A DNA stretch of 64,000 nt from an uncultured Poribacteria bacterium (GTDB lineage: Bacteria > Poribacteria > WGA-4E > WGA-3G), in contig OX638351.1 of assembly GCA_951813565.1 (NCBI GenBank), positions 4,096,001-4,160,000 of the forward strand, read 5' to 3'. The notes beneath the pieces were generated by a model. The model saw only the letters and a program-made list of their open reading frames with translations, was not told where the DNA came from and ran no database searches. Made by a program: the position numbers and the translations under genes. Shown here in pieces: positions 1 through 9,851 of this stretch (position 1 is the first letter of the stretch; each line of letters begins with the position of its first letter).

Positions 1-128
1 AGGTCTGTTTTTCTATATACCTTCCGCCCCTCTGGGGCTATACGCATCTACAAAACAGATTCATCTTCTTATGTTAACACTATAGAATAATGAAAAACAA
101 CTTTATAATTTATAGGTGTTTCAGTTCT

Positions 129-1442
129 TCAGGTTTTCTGCGGTTTTTTGCGCGCGGCAGGAAACAAAATATTATTTAGTATCAACCGATAACCGGGTGA
201 ATGTTTATGGAGGTCTAAATTCGTAGGTATCTTCCCTTCTCCAACGAGGTGGCGGTAATCCTCTGGATCATGTCCACCGAGAAAAGTAAAAGTTCCTTTT
301 CCTAAAGTGCCGTGGACGTATTTAGCATAATTTGTGCCTTCAATTTTACCTAAAATTGTAACCGATTTGTGGATCCTGTCTAAATTAAAAGATGTTGTCT
401 GCCCAAGAAAACCGCGCACTTCTGAAACGTGGTTTTGCGTGAGCATTGTCGGAATAGGATCATGTTTTGCAGAAAATTCAAACAGTTGGAAATCCTCTAC
501 GCCGGTATGCGGACTCCGATCAGGATTTGGATTATCAACATCGGAAAATTCATAACGATTCGGATTGGGGTAGAGCGTGAATTTTTCAAATGCGAACGTT
601 CGCTCAAAGTCCAATTGTTTTTGGAAATCAGGCGCGAGCGGTGTCGTGTCTAAAACAGGATCAACAATATCAAGAATCCCACCCTTTGTTGCTAACGCAA
701 TGTCCAGAGTTTCAGGTGCAGAACACATGGCAAAGATAAATCCACCTTTTGCTACATAATCAGCAATATCCAGTGCCGTTTGCCCCTTGTGCCGAGAAAC
801 ACGCTTAAATCCTGCTTCTTTTGCTGCTGTCTCAAAGAGTGCTGTCCGTTGTTGATACCACACTTGGTGTGAAAAGGAACCATGGAATTTTCCGTGCTGT
901 CCGGTAAAATCTTCGTGATGTAGGTGCAACCAATCGTAACCTTCTGTGTGCAATGCACCGCGCTGCACCTCTTTGTCCCAAATTTGGTCGTAAGGGATTT
1001 CGGCATAATCCAATGCGATTTTCACCGCATCGTCCCACGGGTCGCGATATGGGGATGCTTCTGGTGGTGCGTACACAGCGATTTTAGGGGCTTTCTCTAA
1101 CAGAATCTCATCCATATTACTGGTTTCAATGATGGTCTCTTTGATTGTCCGATATTCAACGTCGCTCATCTGTTCAAAAGTGACACCCATCTGTGCAGCA
1201 CGCACTCGGACATCGGGAACATCGGGAATTACAAACGATCCGCCACGATAATTCAGCCACCAGAAACATTGGTATTCACGCGGCACCTCTAATGCCCAAT
1301 ATGTTAGTCCGTAAGCTTTAAGATGGTTTGTCTGTTTCTGCTCCATCGGCACGAGTAAATACTGTGCTGAGGCGGTAGATAGAAGCATTGTAAGGCAGAC
1401 TATAATTAGTAAAGAAAGGGTGAACTTGTTTGGTTTATACAT
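129..1442 (-). CDS. Conserved secreted protein of the family often auto-annotated 'asparagine synthetase B' in FCB bacteria; real function unknown
   Basis: 437 aa, signal peptide; motifs NHLKAYG, LNYRGGSF, YDWLHLHHEDFTGQ, FAMCSA, GGHDPEDY, SPGYRLILNN. Confidence 0.7.
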   Translation of the reverse strand: MYKPNKFTLSLLIIVCLTMLLSTASAQYLLVPMEQKQTNHLKAYGLTYWALEVPREYQCFWWLNYRGGSFVIPDVPDVRVRAAQMGVTFEQMSDVEYRTIKETIIETSNMDEILLEKAPKIAVYAPPEASPYRDPWDDAVKIALDYAEIPYDQIWDKEVQRGALHTEGYDWLHLHHEDFTGQHGKFHGSFSHQVWYQQRTALFETAAKEAGFKRVSRHKGQTALDIADYVAKGGFIFAMCSAPETLDIALATKGGILDIVDPVLDTTPLAPDFQKQLDFERTFAFEKFTLYPNPNRYEFSDVDNPNPDRSPHTGVEDFQLFEFSAKHDPIPTMLTQNHVSEVRGFLGQTTSFNLDRIHKSVTILGKIEGTNYAKYVHGTLGKGTFTFLGGHDPEDYRHLVGEGKIPTNLDLHKHSPGYRLILNNILFPAARKKPQKT

Positions 1443-1526
1443 AGTGCGTTCCTATTTTTAACATGAGTTCGTCTTTAAGAATTTCGGAGGTGCCCGACGC
1501 GATTCATTTTGATAACAGATCATTTT

Positions 1527-1633
1527 CCGCACTCCAGCGGAGTGCTATGTCTATAGAAAACGTGATACCCAAATTATAGCATTCCAGCGGAGTGCTATGT
1601 GTGATGGATTCGCATACCGCTCCGCTGGAGCGG
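1527..1633. repeat. REP-like palindrome cluster (CTCCAGCGGAG units)
   Basis: Two direct copies of TCCAGCGGAGTGCTATGT plus an inverted CTCCGCTGGAG copy. Confidence 0.7.
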
Positions 1634-1682
1634 AGGAAAGAACTGACTCTTTTCTATTTTCTAAGTTAACATTGCGAGGCAC

Positions 1683-1754
1683 CAAATCAAGAAATCAACG
1701 GTATGAACGACATTTAGTCATTCACCGGGTCCGAATGCCTCTTTGGCATTCCCC
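1683..1754 (+). mobile_element. CAAATCAAC-hairpin micro-insertion (degenerate nested pair) within a REP arm
   Basis: Sits in GCGAGGCAC^GGAGACCTCGC; compare the uninterrupted arm GCGAGGCACAGAGACCTCGC near 47244. Confidence 0.6.
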
Positions 1755-1789
1755 GGAGACCTCGCGCTACAAATCGGGTTAATTTGATA

Positions 1790-4675
1790 TTACTCAACCG
1801 AAACCGCAATGGGTTGATACCCAAATACCGCTTTTCCATTACTCATCAGTGGCGATTCACTGCCAGGGTTAGTAATATCAACAGTCCAGAGTTGTCCGTT
1901 GTTTTCGTAAATTATCCAATTTCCGCTGGGTGGCACCCAAACAGGACGGCTACCTCCCATTGCAGTTATCTGTTGTTCTATTGGTCTGCCGTTAGCGTTG
2001 AAGGTGACGACCCAAATTTGACGGGGATTGCCATTGAACCCGCGTGAAAAAGCGAGCGTTCTTTGGTCATCAGGATGCCATGCTGGTTCCGCGTCATCCG
2101 CAGGCGAAATCACAATCGGTTCAACGCTATTTTTTATATTGTCGAAAGCGTAAATATTACGGTTTAGACCAGCCTTAGGGTTTTCAATTGTTCCCGCAGC
2201 GGCATAAGCAAGCAATTGCCCATCTTTGCGCCATGCCGGATTAGACATTTCAAGTGCTGTTGAAGGAATTCGGAAGATTTTCTCGGTTCGGAGATGCTGA
2301 ATTACAACCCGTTTTCGTCCAATTGTTTCGGTATGTGCATACGCAATATATTCACCATCTGGAGAAATGGTAACATCTTCTGCCATTTGTCGATTATCAA
2401 GTAGAACCATGCTTTTGCCAGTAACAATATCTCTTATGATGACATTGTCGTCAAAATCATGGTAAACAAGCGTTCCAATATCTGATGCGGAGGGACGAAA
2501 CCCAGCACCGAGCGGGGCAACACGTGTGTCTACTGTAACGGCGGCCGCATCTTTCGTTGGGGTGCCAATTACCCGGTCAGCTGCAGGGGCAATACGCCAT
2601 AAAACACCTTCATGACTATAATAGATAAACGCCGACTCTGCAGCAAGTGAAAAACCGTCTATATTGACATCTACAGCTGTCCTCGCGTTAGGTTTCTTTT
2701 CACTATCTTGAGGGGTTTCTGTTTCTTTAGAAATATTTTGTGTGTTCGGTTGGAATTCCTTCTTGTCCTTGAGTTTCCATCCAGCACCATCTGCTTCAAA
2801 GTTAAACGCTAAACCTTTTGTCCAATACATCCATTCTTCAATCATTTTTCCATTCTCGGTATATTTGAAAATGTCTTCTGGTTCCCCATACATGCGTGCG
2901 ATGTTCCATTGTCCGCCATCTGAAAGTTCAGCCATTGTGCCTTTCTCATCAACATAGGACGCTAAAATGTCAATGTCTACATGAGGTGTTGTTTTACTGG
3001 GGAAGACGGTGAGCGCAGCTGGCATGCCGCGCACTGGTTGATGGGTGCCGTAAATCCCGATTCCGTCCGATGTGCCTGAACGTCCGTCTCTGTTTTGGTC
3101 AACAACTGCCATAATATAATATGTTCCGGGTTTGACATCAACGAGAAATCTACCATTATCGTCAAGAAATAGCGGCATCCACATCGGTGCACTGAAGTCT
3201 GGTGTAGTAGAAAGGCTTAAAAGACCGTCCGGGGCACGGTCTTGATTCTCCGAAGTTGGGTTTTCAGTGACTTTTTCTACGGTGTGAGAAGAGAAAAATG
3301 AGGTAATTTTTCCGGTGATACTACCCATCGGTTCTTCTGGAGATGCACTTGTGGGAGTACCGAGTGCTAAATTCCCAGTGAGTAGGTTGTTCTCTATAGC
3401 AACAAGTTGTCCTTCTGCATCATAACGTGCACTCATCTGAATATTAACAGCACGCGTTTCACCCACATCAAAAACTACCGCAGCTGGCGGGGTCGTAGCT
3501 ATGGAGTCAGTGCCTAAACCTCCCAATCTATCACCTTCACTATACCTACCGTCTCCATCCATGTCATGATTTGCAATGATGTAATACTCCCCAGGTGGTA
3601 GTTGAAAGCGAAACTTCCCTTCTGAATCTGTTGTGGCGCTTGCGATGGGATTCACTAAAGCGGATGTCGGATAAACTTCAACACGGACTTCTGTTTCCGT
3701 TTGGGGCGTTGGGGTTATACGACCAGAAATAATTGCGGTGTTTTTTTGATTTTCCGTTTGATGAGTCGCCGTGTAAGTGGCAGTAATCTGTATCTCCAAA
3801 TTTTCAGTAAATGTATTAGGCTTAATCAGTATTGGCTGTGGAAAGGCACCGCGTTTATATATATTTGTGACACCGTAAAATCCGAAGGTGTCTCCAGCAT
3901 CAAGTTTATTGCTGTTATTTTTGTCAACTATTGCCATCAGATAGTATTTACCGGGTTTCAATCTCAGTTCCCACTGTCCAGTCTTGGCATCAACAATAGC
4001 GATCCCTGCACGGTATTTCCAAGACGTATCTGTATATGCAAGAATAAGTCTTTTGTCTTTTGCAATACCGGTCTCTTTTGTATCTTTTAGAATCCCTCTA
4101 CATCCTGATGCTGCTCGGGTCAACTCAGCTTTAAATTGTTGGTATTCACTTGGTTGGTATACGTTTGCAGGCACAAGTTTCAGCTCGTCACCAACATTCT
4201 GAAGCCTGGCAGTTATTGGAATCTGTATACCTTTCAATGCAGCGTTTGCGCCTATATCAACCACTTGATGTTTTTGCGTTTCATTTTGCCAATCCTTAAT
4301 TCCTAAGACACCGTAACCATCACCCTCGTCAAATTTTCCAGAACTATCAACATCGACGTAAGCAACTAAATAATACCTACCCGGTTCCACACGTAGTTCG
4401 AATGCCCCTGTCCCTGAACGAGATAATCCACTGGTATAAAGGTCTTTGAGTTTTTCATCGCGGTACACTGATACGTTTGTTTGTGACAGGTCTTGTCCTG
4501 TCCAAATAACCATTCCAGACAGTTTGGCAGTAAAGTGGTTAGATGAAGATTGGGTGTTAGCTACATTCGGTGGCAATGTTTGGTTTGGCGATTGTTGTGC
4601 ATAGAGCATCAGATTACCGATGAATCCTATACTCATAACAAGTGCTAAATATATCAATCGTTTCATGAGTGCCAT
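1790..4675 (-). CDS. Large secreted protein: four Ig/prealbumin-like repeats with DxDxxG Ca-binding loops plus C-terminal TolB/PD40-like beta-propeller
   Basis: 961 aa, signal peptide; repeats PGxYY..D[VKMQ][DN]...D..G; C-terminal ISPDGEYIAY, NPAWRKDG, EPAWHPD, RPVWVPPSG. Confidence 0.7.
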   Translation of the reverse strand: MALMKRLIYLALVMSIGFIGNLMLYAQQSPNQTLPPNVANTQSSSNHFTAKLSGMVIWTGQDLSQTNVSVYRDEKLKDLYTSGLSRSGTGAFELRVEPGRYYLVAYVDVDSSGKFDEGDGYGVLGIKDWQNETQKHQVVDIGANAALKGIQIPITARLQNVGDELKLVPANVYQPSEYQQFKAELTRAASGCRGILKDTKETGIAKDKRLILAYTDTSWKYRAGIAIVDAKTGQWELRLKPGKYYLMAIVDKNNSNKLDAGDTFGFYGVTNIYKRGAFPQPILIKPNTFTENLEIQITATYTATHQTENQKNTAIISGRITPTPQTETEVRVEVYPTSALVNPIASATTDSEGKFRFQLPPGEYYIIANHDMDGDGRYSEGDRLGGLGTDSIATTPPAAVVFDVGETRAVNIQMSARYDAEGQLVAIENNLLTGNLALGTPTSASPEEPMGSITGKITSFFSSHTVEKVTENPTSENQDRAPDGLLSLSTTPDFSAPMWMPLFLDDNGRFLVDVKPGTYYIMAVVDQNRDGRSGTSDGIGIYGTHQPVRGMPAALTVFPSKTTPHVDIDILASYVDEKGTMAELSDGGQWNIARMYGEPEDIFKYTENGKMIEEWMYWTKGLAFNFEADGAGWKLKDKKEFQPNTQNISKETETPQDSEKKPNARTAVDVNIDGFSLAAESAFIYYSHEGVLWRIAPAADRVIGTPTKDAAAVTVDTRVAPLGAGFRPSASDIGTLVYHDFDDNVIIRDIVTGKSMVLLDNRQMAEDVTISPDGEYIAYAHTETIGRKRVVIQHLRTEKIFRIPSTALEMSNPAWRKDGQLLAYAAAGTIENPKAGLNRNIYAFDNIKNSVEPIVISPADDAEPAWHPDDQRTLAFSRGFNGNPRQIWVVTFNANGRPIEQQITAMGGSRPVWVPPSGNWIIYENNGQLWTVDITNPGSESPLMSNGKAVFGYQPIAVSVE

Positions 4676-4995
4676 GTCTCCATTTTGAGCAGGTTTACTT
4701 GTAGTGTTATTCTTTAATCTATTGCTTGCATGTTATCACATCTTTGAACAATTTTCAAGGAGATCATGAAGATGGGTGTGCAAAGTTTTTGCCATTAACC
4801 ACGTCCTTCTCTTGTGGAAGGGCTTTGTCCGCCCGATTTATTACCCAAAGGTAGCGCGTTTTGTCCACGCGCCGTTTACAGCATCTGAGGTCAGGACTCG
4901 GCGCGTTTACATGAAGATTAAGAAAATATTTCGGTAATTTTCTAACGATAGACATCTTGTTTTATGTTTTTCTTGTATGAGGTGCATTATCTGGT

Positions 4996-5146
4996 TGTCT
5001 GAATCGCGGAAGGCACAGAGAACACAGAGGACGCGGAAAATGCTTTTGTGTCTGCTACATTTCCTTTCGCAAGAGACGGGTCGGTAACAAAGAAACTCTT
5101 AATTCCGCGTCCTCTGCGTTCTCCGCGATAATCCGTGATTCAGACA
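4996..5146. repeat. Long imperfect palindrome (REPIN-like)
   Basis: TGTCTGAATCGCGGA..CAGAGGACGCGGAA versus TTCCGCGTCCTCTG..TCCGTGATTCAGACA. Confidence 0.7.
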
Positions 5147-5234
5147 GAAAAGAGATCAGAAGGACCGAATTAATAAATTAATCTTCATCAAAACGCGCCT
5201 GCCAGGTGTGGCGAACCGCTAAATTGACAGTTAT

Positions 5235-5310
5235 GGGTTTCCCTTGCGACACCCGCCATTGCTGATGTATTCAAACAACGGGCGGGTGTCGCAAGGGAAA
5301 CCCGACCTAC
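5235..5310. repeat. REP doublet, 23-bp perfect inverted repeat ending in CCTAC
   Basis: GGGTTTCCCTTGCGACACCCGCC (5235-5257) / GGCGGGTGTCGCAAGGGAAACCC (5281-5303); preceded by a MITE end TAAATTGACAGTTA. Confidence 0.75.
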
Positions 5311-5439
5311 AATGCTGGTTCAGACAGTGAACAATTCAGACAAATATTTACACACGCAAATCCAAGTGATAGAAATCTATGAATATGGTATCATGTTTTA
5401 ATTGATGTTACTATTACCACATTACAAGGACAAACATAA

Positions 5440-6219
5440 ATGATTCGTGTTTCACATCTCACAAAAGAATATGGAGAAAAGAAAGCAGTAGACAAAATCA
5501 GTTTTGAAGCCGCAAAAGGTGAAATTGTTGGATATCTTGGTCCGAACGGCGCAGGAAAAAGCACTACCCTAAAAATGTTAGTGGGATTGCTTCAACCGAC
5601 ATCTGGTGAAATATCTGTTGCGGGTTATAGTGCAGAAACGGAGCTGCTGGAATTAAAACAGCGGGTTGGATATGTACCTGAGGAGGCGCAGCTATATGAA
5701 CACCTCACCTTAGTGGAACACCTGCAGTTGATGGGCAGACTCTATCATTTAGAGGAAGAACTGATAGCGCAAAAAATTGTAGAGCTTGCAAAGTTGTTTG
5801 ACATGGAAGCACAAGCAAACCAACGAATAAGCAGTTTTTCGCAAGGCATGCGTCAGAAATGCCTCATCATGGCAGCACTGTTGCATAATCCAGATGTCCT
5901 GTTTTTAGATGAACCTTTTACTAATCTGGATGTTACAACCGTAACATTTTTGAAATCATTACTGCAACGTTTAGCGGAATTGGGTAAAACCATTCTCTAC
6001 TGTACACATATTCTTGAAGTGGCAGAAACGCTCTGCCCACGAATTATGATTATCAATGAGGGAAAACTTATCGCCGATGCACCGGTAGCAGCGTTACGGC
6101 AGCAGACGAATCAGACAGCACTCAATGAAATTTTTGTACAACTGACTGAAACGACAGGACTTGATGAAAAAACTGATGAAGCTGTCCGAATTGTGACGGG
6201 GGCAGCCCCTAATGCTTGA
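5440..6219 (+). CDS. ABC transporter ATP-binding protein (ABC-2 exporter type)
   Basis: Walker A GPNGAGKST, signature FSQGMRQK, Walker B LFLDEP, H-loop. Confidence 0.95.
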   Translation: MIRVSHLTKEYGEKKAVDKISFEAAKGEIVGYLGPNGAGKSTTLKMLVGLLQPTSGEISVAGYSAETELLELKQRVGYVPEEAQLYEHLTLVEHLQLMGRLYHLEEELIAQKIVELAKLFDMEAQANQRISSFSQGMRQKCLIMAALLHNPDVLFLDEPFTNLDVTTVTFLKSLLQRLAELGKTILYCTHILEVAETLCPRIMIINEGKLIADAPVAALRQQTNQTALNEIFVQLTETTGLDEKTDEAVRIVTGAAPNA

Positions 6220-7843
6220 AAGAATCGCTGCAAAGTTTGGTGCATGCCCTATTCAATATAAGCTGCTACTGCAAACGGAGAAGACAGTAGAGGAACGAGC
6301 ACTTGAGGGAAAACAGGGAACGGCAAAACTCTCACTCGCTGTGACCTGTGCTTTCTGTTTTTTAGCAAGCATCTTTTCAGCGTTGCCGGTGTTCTTTGGC
6401 ATGGACGTGTTCACCTACGCACTCATTGGTGTCACGATGTCTATGTTCATCGTAGGGATGTGGACTCTCCCTTACTTTGACCTTCTCCTTAGTCCTATAA
6501 ACTATCCTGTTGTCGCACATACGCCCATGTCATCACGCACCTATTTTCTTGTAAAGTTAACACAGATTCTCAAGTATGCTGTCTTGTTGTTAATTTGTCT
6601 GAATATCTTTCCATCAATTTGCGGTCCCTTCATCCGTGGAGATAACACCACTATTCTACGCTACTTTTTCCCTATCTTTTATATACCTATTGCCTTTATG
6701 GCAGGATTTTTCACGATTGGGGTGATGACCGCATTCGCCGGGTATTTGACCAAACTCTATTCTGTAAAGAGACTCCGAAAAATATCTAAATCCGCTCAGT
6801 TTATATTGCCGCTTCTTTTTCCTGCATTCTTTTTTCTCATACCAACCGATTTAGTAGCAGACAATTATAAATCGGTTCTAAAGTGGCTATATGTGCTTCC
6901 AAACGGTTGGTTTGCTGGAGCAGTATCACTTGCCACCAGTACGATTGACCGTCCTGAGTTTACCCGTGATGTGATTTTAGCTGGAATAGCAATTTTTTCA
7001 ACGCTTCTACTGGTCTTAATTCCGCTCCGAAGTATAGCAAAGACTTATGCAAAGTATCTCTCCTTTCTGATGGAATCTGGCAGTAGGCAGAAGGACAAAC
7101 TACGGATAAAACAATCTTTCCTCGCGCGATTTTTCCGATCACGTGATGTCTACGCAGGTTTTTGTCTCAGTGCATCCTACATGCGACGTGATAGACACAT
7201 TCTAAATCAACTCGCTTCTGGAGCGGTTGTAAGTGTCATGATGATTGCAATGTTCTTTGTTCGGAAAATATATCCTATAGAATACATTGCGTATCACTAC
7301 ACTATCGGTCTTAGTCCAGGGTTAACTGGTCTCTCCGTCTTTCTTGGGGTGGTTTTAGTCTTCGGTTTTCTCAGTTCTGTCGGGTATTCGGAGCATTGGA
7401 AAGCCTCGTGGATGCTATCTCTTGTCCCACTTCGGAAGCCGTATGACTTATGGCGTGGCGTTGAAGCAGCTACCTTTATCTATATTGTCTTTCCTTACAC
7501 ACTCCTGTTTTTTATAGTTGCTACAGTTTTCTGGGGTGTTATGGGCATATTTTTTATCTTGCCGGGACTCCTCGTTGTGCTATTTTCAGTCATCACTTAC
7601 CCAAAACCGGAATCCGGGATACCTCTTTCCAAAGAAGCAGTTGAAATAGATAGAATGGCAGGGTGTCTTGCTTATGGTATAAGTATGATTATAGCAGGTG
7701 TTTTAGTCGGTGTTCAATTTTTAGCTGCTTTCATTCATGTGTGGGTGTATATTGCAGTCTATTGCGTGATAGTAATTGGTGGACTTATCGGTTTTATCAA
7801 ATTTTACAAAAAAGAATCAATGAAGGAAACCTCTGATGCTTGA
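6212..7843 (+). CDS. ABC exporter permease
   Basis: 543 aa polytopic membrane protein overlapping the ATPase stop; paralog of next gene. Confidence 0.8.
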   Translation: MLERIAAKFGACPIQYKLLLQTEKTVEERALEGKQGTAKLSLAVTCAFCFLASIFSALPVFFGMDVFTYALIGVTMSMFIVGMWTLPYFDLLLSPINYPVVAHTPMSSRTYFLVKLTQILKYAVLLLICLNIFPSICGPFIRGDNTTILRYFFPIFYIPIAFMAGFFTIGVMTAFAGYLTKLYSVKRLRKISKSAQFILPLLFPAFFFLIPTDLVADNYKSVLKWLYVLPNGWFAGAVSLATSTIDRPEFTRDVILAGIAIFSTLLLVLIPLRSIAKTYAKYLSFLMESGSRQKDKLRIKQSFLARFFRSRDVYAGFCLSASYMRRDRHILNQLASGAVVSVMMIAMFFVRKIYPIEYIAYHYTIGLSPGLTGLSVFLGVVLVFGFLSSVGYSEHWKASWMLSLVPLRKPYDLWRGVEAATFIYIVFPYTLLFFIVATVFWGVMGIFFILPGLLVVLFSVITYPKPESGIPLSKEAVEIDRMAGCLAYGISMIIAGVLVGVQFLAAFIHVWVYIAVYCVIVIGGLIGFIKFYKKESMKETSDA

Positions 7844-9449
7844 GAAAATTGCGGAAATGTTTGGCGTGTCCTCAACCCAGTACAGCTATCTTCTACAGAC
7901 AGAGAAGATGGTCGAAAAACGGGCACTTAAAGGACAACCCCTTTCTTCAAACATATTGAACTACGTGTTTAGTTTTCTGATAAGTGCAACGTTTTTCTTT
8001 ATTCCGTTACTGATAAACATTTCTGTCTATAGTTATGCACTTATAGGAATAACTGTATCAATGGTGATGATAGGGATATGGACGCTCCCCTACTTTGATA
8101 TTCTTATCTATCCCATAAACTACCCCGTTGTGGCGCACACACCGATATCATCGCGCACCTATTTTCTCGTCAAGTTGACACAGATACTCAGTTATACTGT
8201 CAAGTTGTTGATTTGTCTAAATCTCATACCTGCTATCGGCGGCATTTGGATTCGTAGTGGAGAATCTTCTCAACTCCAATACCTTTTTCCGTTGGTCTAT
8301 CTTCCTATCGCTATTATTTCCGGCATATTCACCGTTGGTATTATGACAACATTTGCAGGGTATTTGACAAAACTTTACGCCTATAAAAAACTACGAAATG
8401 TTGCGAAATTTTTTCAAGGATTATTTCCTCTACTGTTTCCATCAGTCTGGATGATCGTTTATTTTTTCCCTAAAGACATCCCCAAAGATACCACTATAGA
8501 AATGTTTTCCTCCGCTGCAAAATGGTTCTACGCACTGCCGAACGGTTGGTTTGCTGCCACAGCATCGGTTTTGCTTGGACAAATAGAAGTCCGTTTCCTG
8601 ATTTTAACTGCACTTGCTGTTATTTCAACCGCTTTCTTAGTCCTTGTACCACTTCAAAGCATCGCTAAAACATATTCAAAATACCTCTCTTACCTAATAG
8701 AAGTCGATGTCAAACAGAAATTTGAGTTAAAAGTGAAAATCCCTCGGTTCGCCAGAATCATTAAAAACCGTGTTATCCGTGCAGGTTTTTGTATGAGTTC
8801 TGTATATTTCTACCGAGATAAAAGGATGTTACAAGGTATATTAGGTATGCTTGGAGGTTCCATAGGCTTTTTTATTTTTTTTACACAAGCTGAAAAATTT
8901 TCTCTGGGATGGTTTATGAAGTCATACATTCCCGGACTAAATCTCGCGTTTTTTATGATGTCCTGTTTTTTCGGTGTAGCTTTTGTAAACATTTTTCTTT
9001 CTATTTTCAGGTATTCAGAACATTGGAAAGCATCTTGGATGTTTAGGGTAATACCTCTTACGGCGCCTCTTGATTTATGGCGCGGCGTACAGATAACCAC
9101 AATACTCTATACTGTTATGCCGTATGCGCTTTTGCTGTACGCTATTGCTATCGTTTTTTGGCGGGCAGCAGGGATTTTATATGTTTTACCGAGTCTGGTC
9201 TTTATCTTGTATAATATCCTGTCTCACCCGAAACCTGAATCAGGTATACCATTCTCCGAGGAAATCAACCCAAAGAAAGGCGGAATGGGGTGTGCGCATT
9301 TTATCTATGTTAATCTGGCAATAGTGGGATTCATCGGTATCCATTTTATCACTTATATGATTCATGTGTGGGTATATATTGGGGTGTATTGTGTCAGCGT
9401 TGTGGGTGGACTTATCGGGTTTGTTTATCTTTTTTCAAAAAGAAAATAA
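7836..9449 (+). CDS. ABC exporter permease (paralog)
   Basis: 537 aa; shares PINYPVVAHTP, LPNGWF, YSEHWKASW, PKPESGIP with the previous gene. Confidence 0.8.
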   Translation: MLEKIAEMFGVSSTQYSYLLQTEKMVEKRALKGQPLSSNILNYVFSFLISATFFFIPLLINISVYSYALIGITVSMVMIGIWTLPYFDILIYPINYPVVAHTPISSRTYFLVKLTQILSYTVKLLICLNLIPAIGGIWIRSGESSQLQYLFPLVYLPIAIISGIFTVGIMTTFAGYLTKLYAYKKLRNVAKFFQGLFPLLFPSVWMIVYFFPKDIPKDTTIEMFSSAAKWFYALPNGWFAATASVLLGQIEVRFLILTALAVISTAFLVLVPLQSIAKTYSKYLSYLIEVDVKQKFELKVKIPRFARIIKNRVIRAGFCMSSVYFYRDKRMLQGILGMLGGSIGFFIFFTQAEKFSLGWFMKSYIPGLNLAFFMMSCFFGVAFVNIFLSIFRYSEHWKASWMFRVIPLTAPLDLWRGVQITTILYTVMPYALLLYAIAIVFWRAAGILYVLPSLVFILYNILSHPKPESGIPFSEEINPKKGGMGCAHFIYVNLAIVGFIGIHFITYMIHVWVYIGVYCVSVVGGLIGFVYLFSKRK

Positions 9450-9486
9450 AAAACTGCGTAGGTTGGGTAGAGCGCATCAAAACCCA

Positions 9487-9700
9487 TAGGCGTCAATTTA
9501 GGGATTTATTTCAGGTTTCACACATTTTAACCCAAACAACACCGCAACCCGATTGTAGGGGCGGGTCTCTGTGCCCGCCCATTGTCTAAATACATCAGAT
9601 ATGGCGGGGCACAGAGACCCCGCCAAATGCCAAAAAGCGCATTTGGCGTTGATTTGGCCCTACAATGTGTGACGGGATTTGCCCACTAAATTGACGCCTA
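9487..9700. mobile_element. MITE with 15-bp TIR, flanked by a 23-bp direct repeat; carries a REP doublet
   Basis: TAGGCGTCAATTTAG / CTAAATTGACGCCTA; direct repeat TGGGTAGAGCGCATCAAAACCCA at 9464-9486 and 9701-9723. Confidence 0.85.
9622..9656 (-). mobile_element. 35-nt CAAATCAAC-hairpin micro-insertion
   Basis: Reverse strand CAAATCAAC GCCAAATGC GCTTTTTG GCATTTGGC inside GTAGGGC^GGGGTCTC; empty equivalent near 47251-47270. Confidence 0.85.
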
Positions 9701-9851
9701 TGGGTAGAGCGCATCAAAACCCAACATAATATAAATAGTCTCGTTTGTAAGAGGCACAATGAATTGCGCGACTACAAACGCCGATTTTCACTCCCGAAAC
9801 GTGAAACGTGGTGGACGGAAACCCACGGCGTGTGCCTACTACTGTGCAGAA

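Noticed and set aside
9622..9656. Sequencing adapter or amplification artefact as origin of the micro-units
   Set aside because: No match to Illumina/Nextera adapter sequences I know; copies show compensatory variation, avoid coding regions and share a target rule. Read-level confirmation is still needed.
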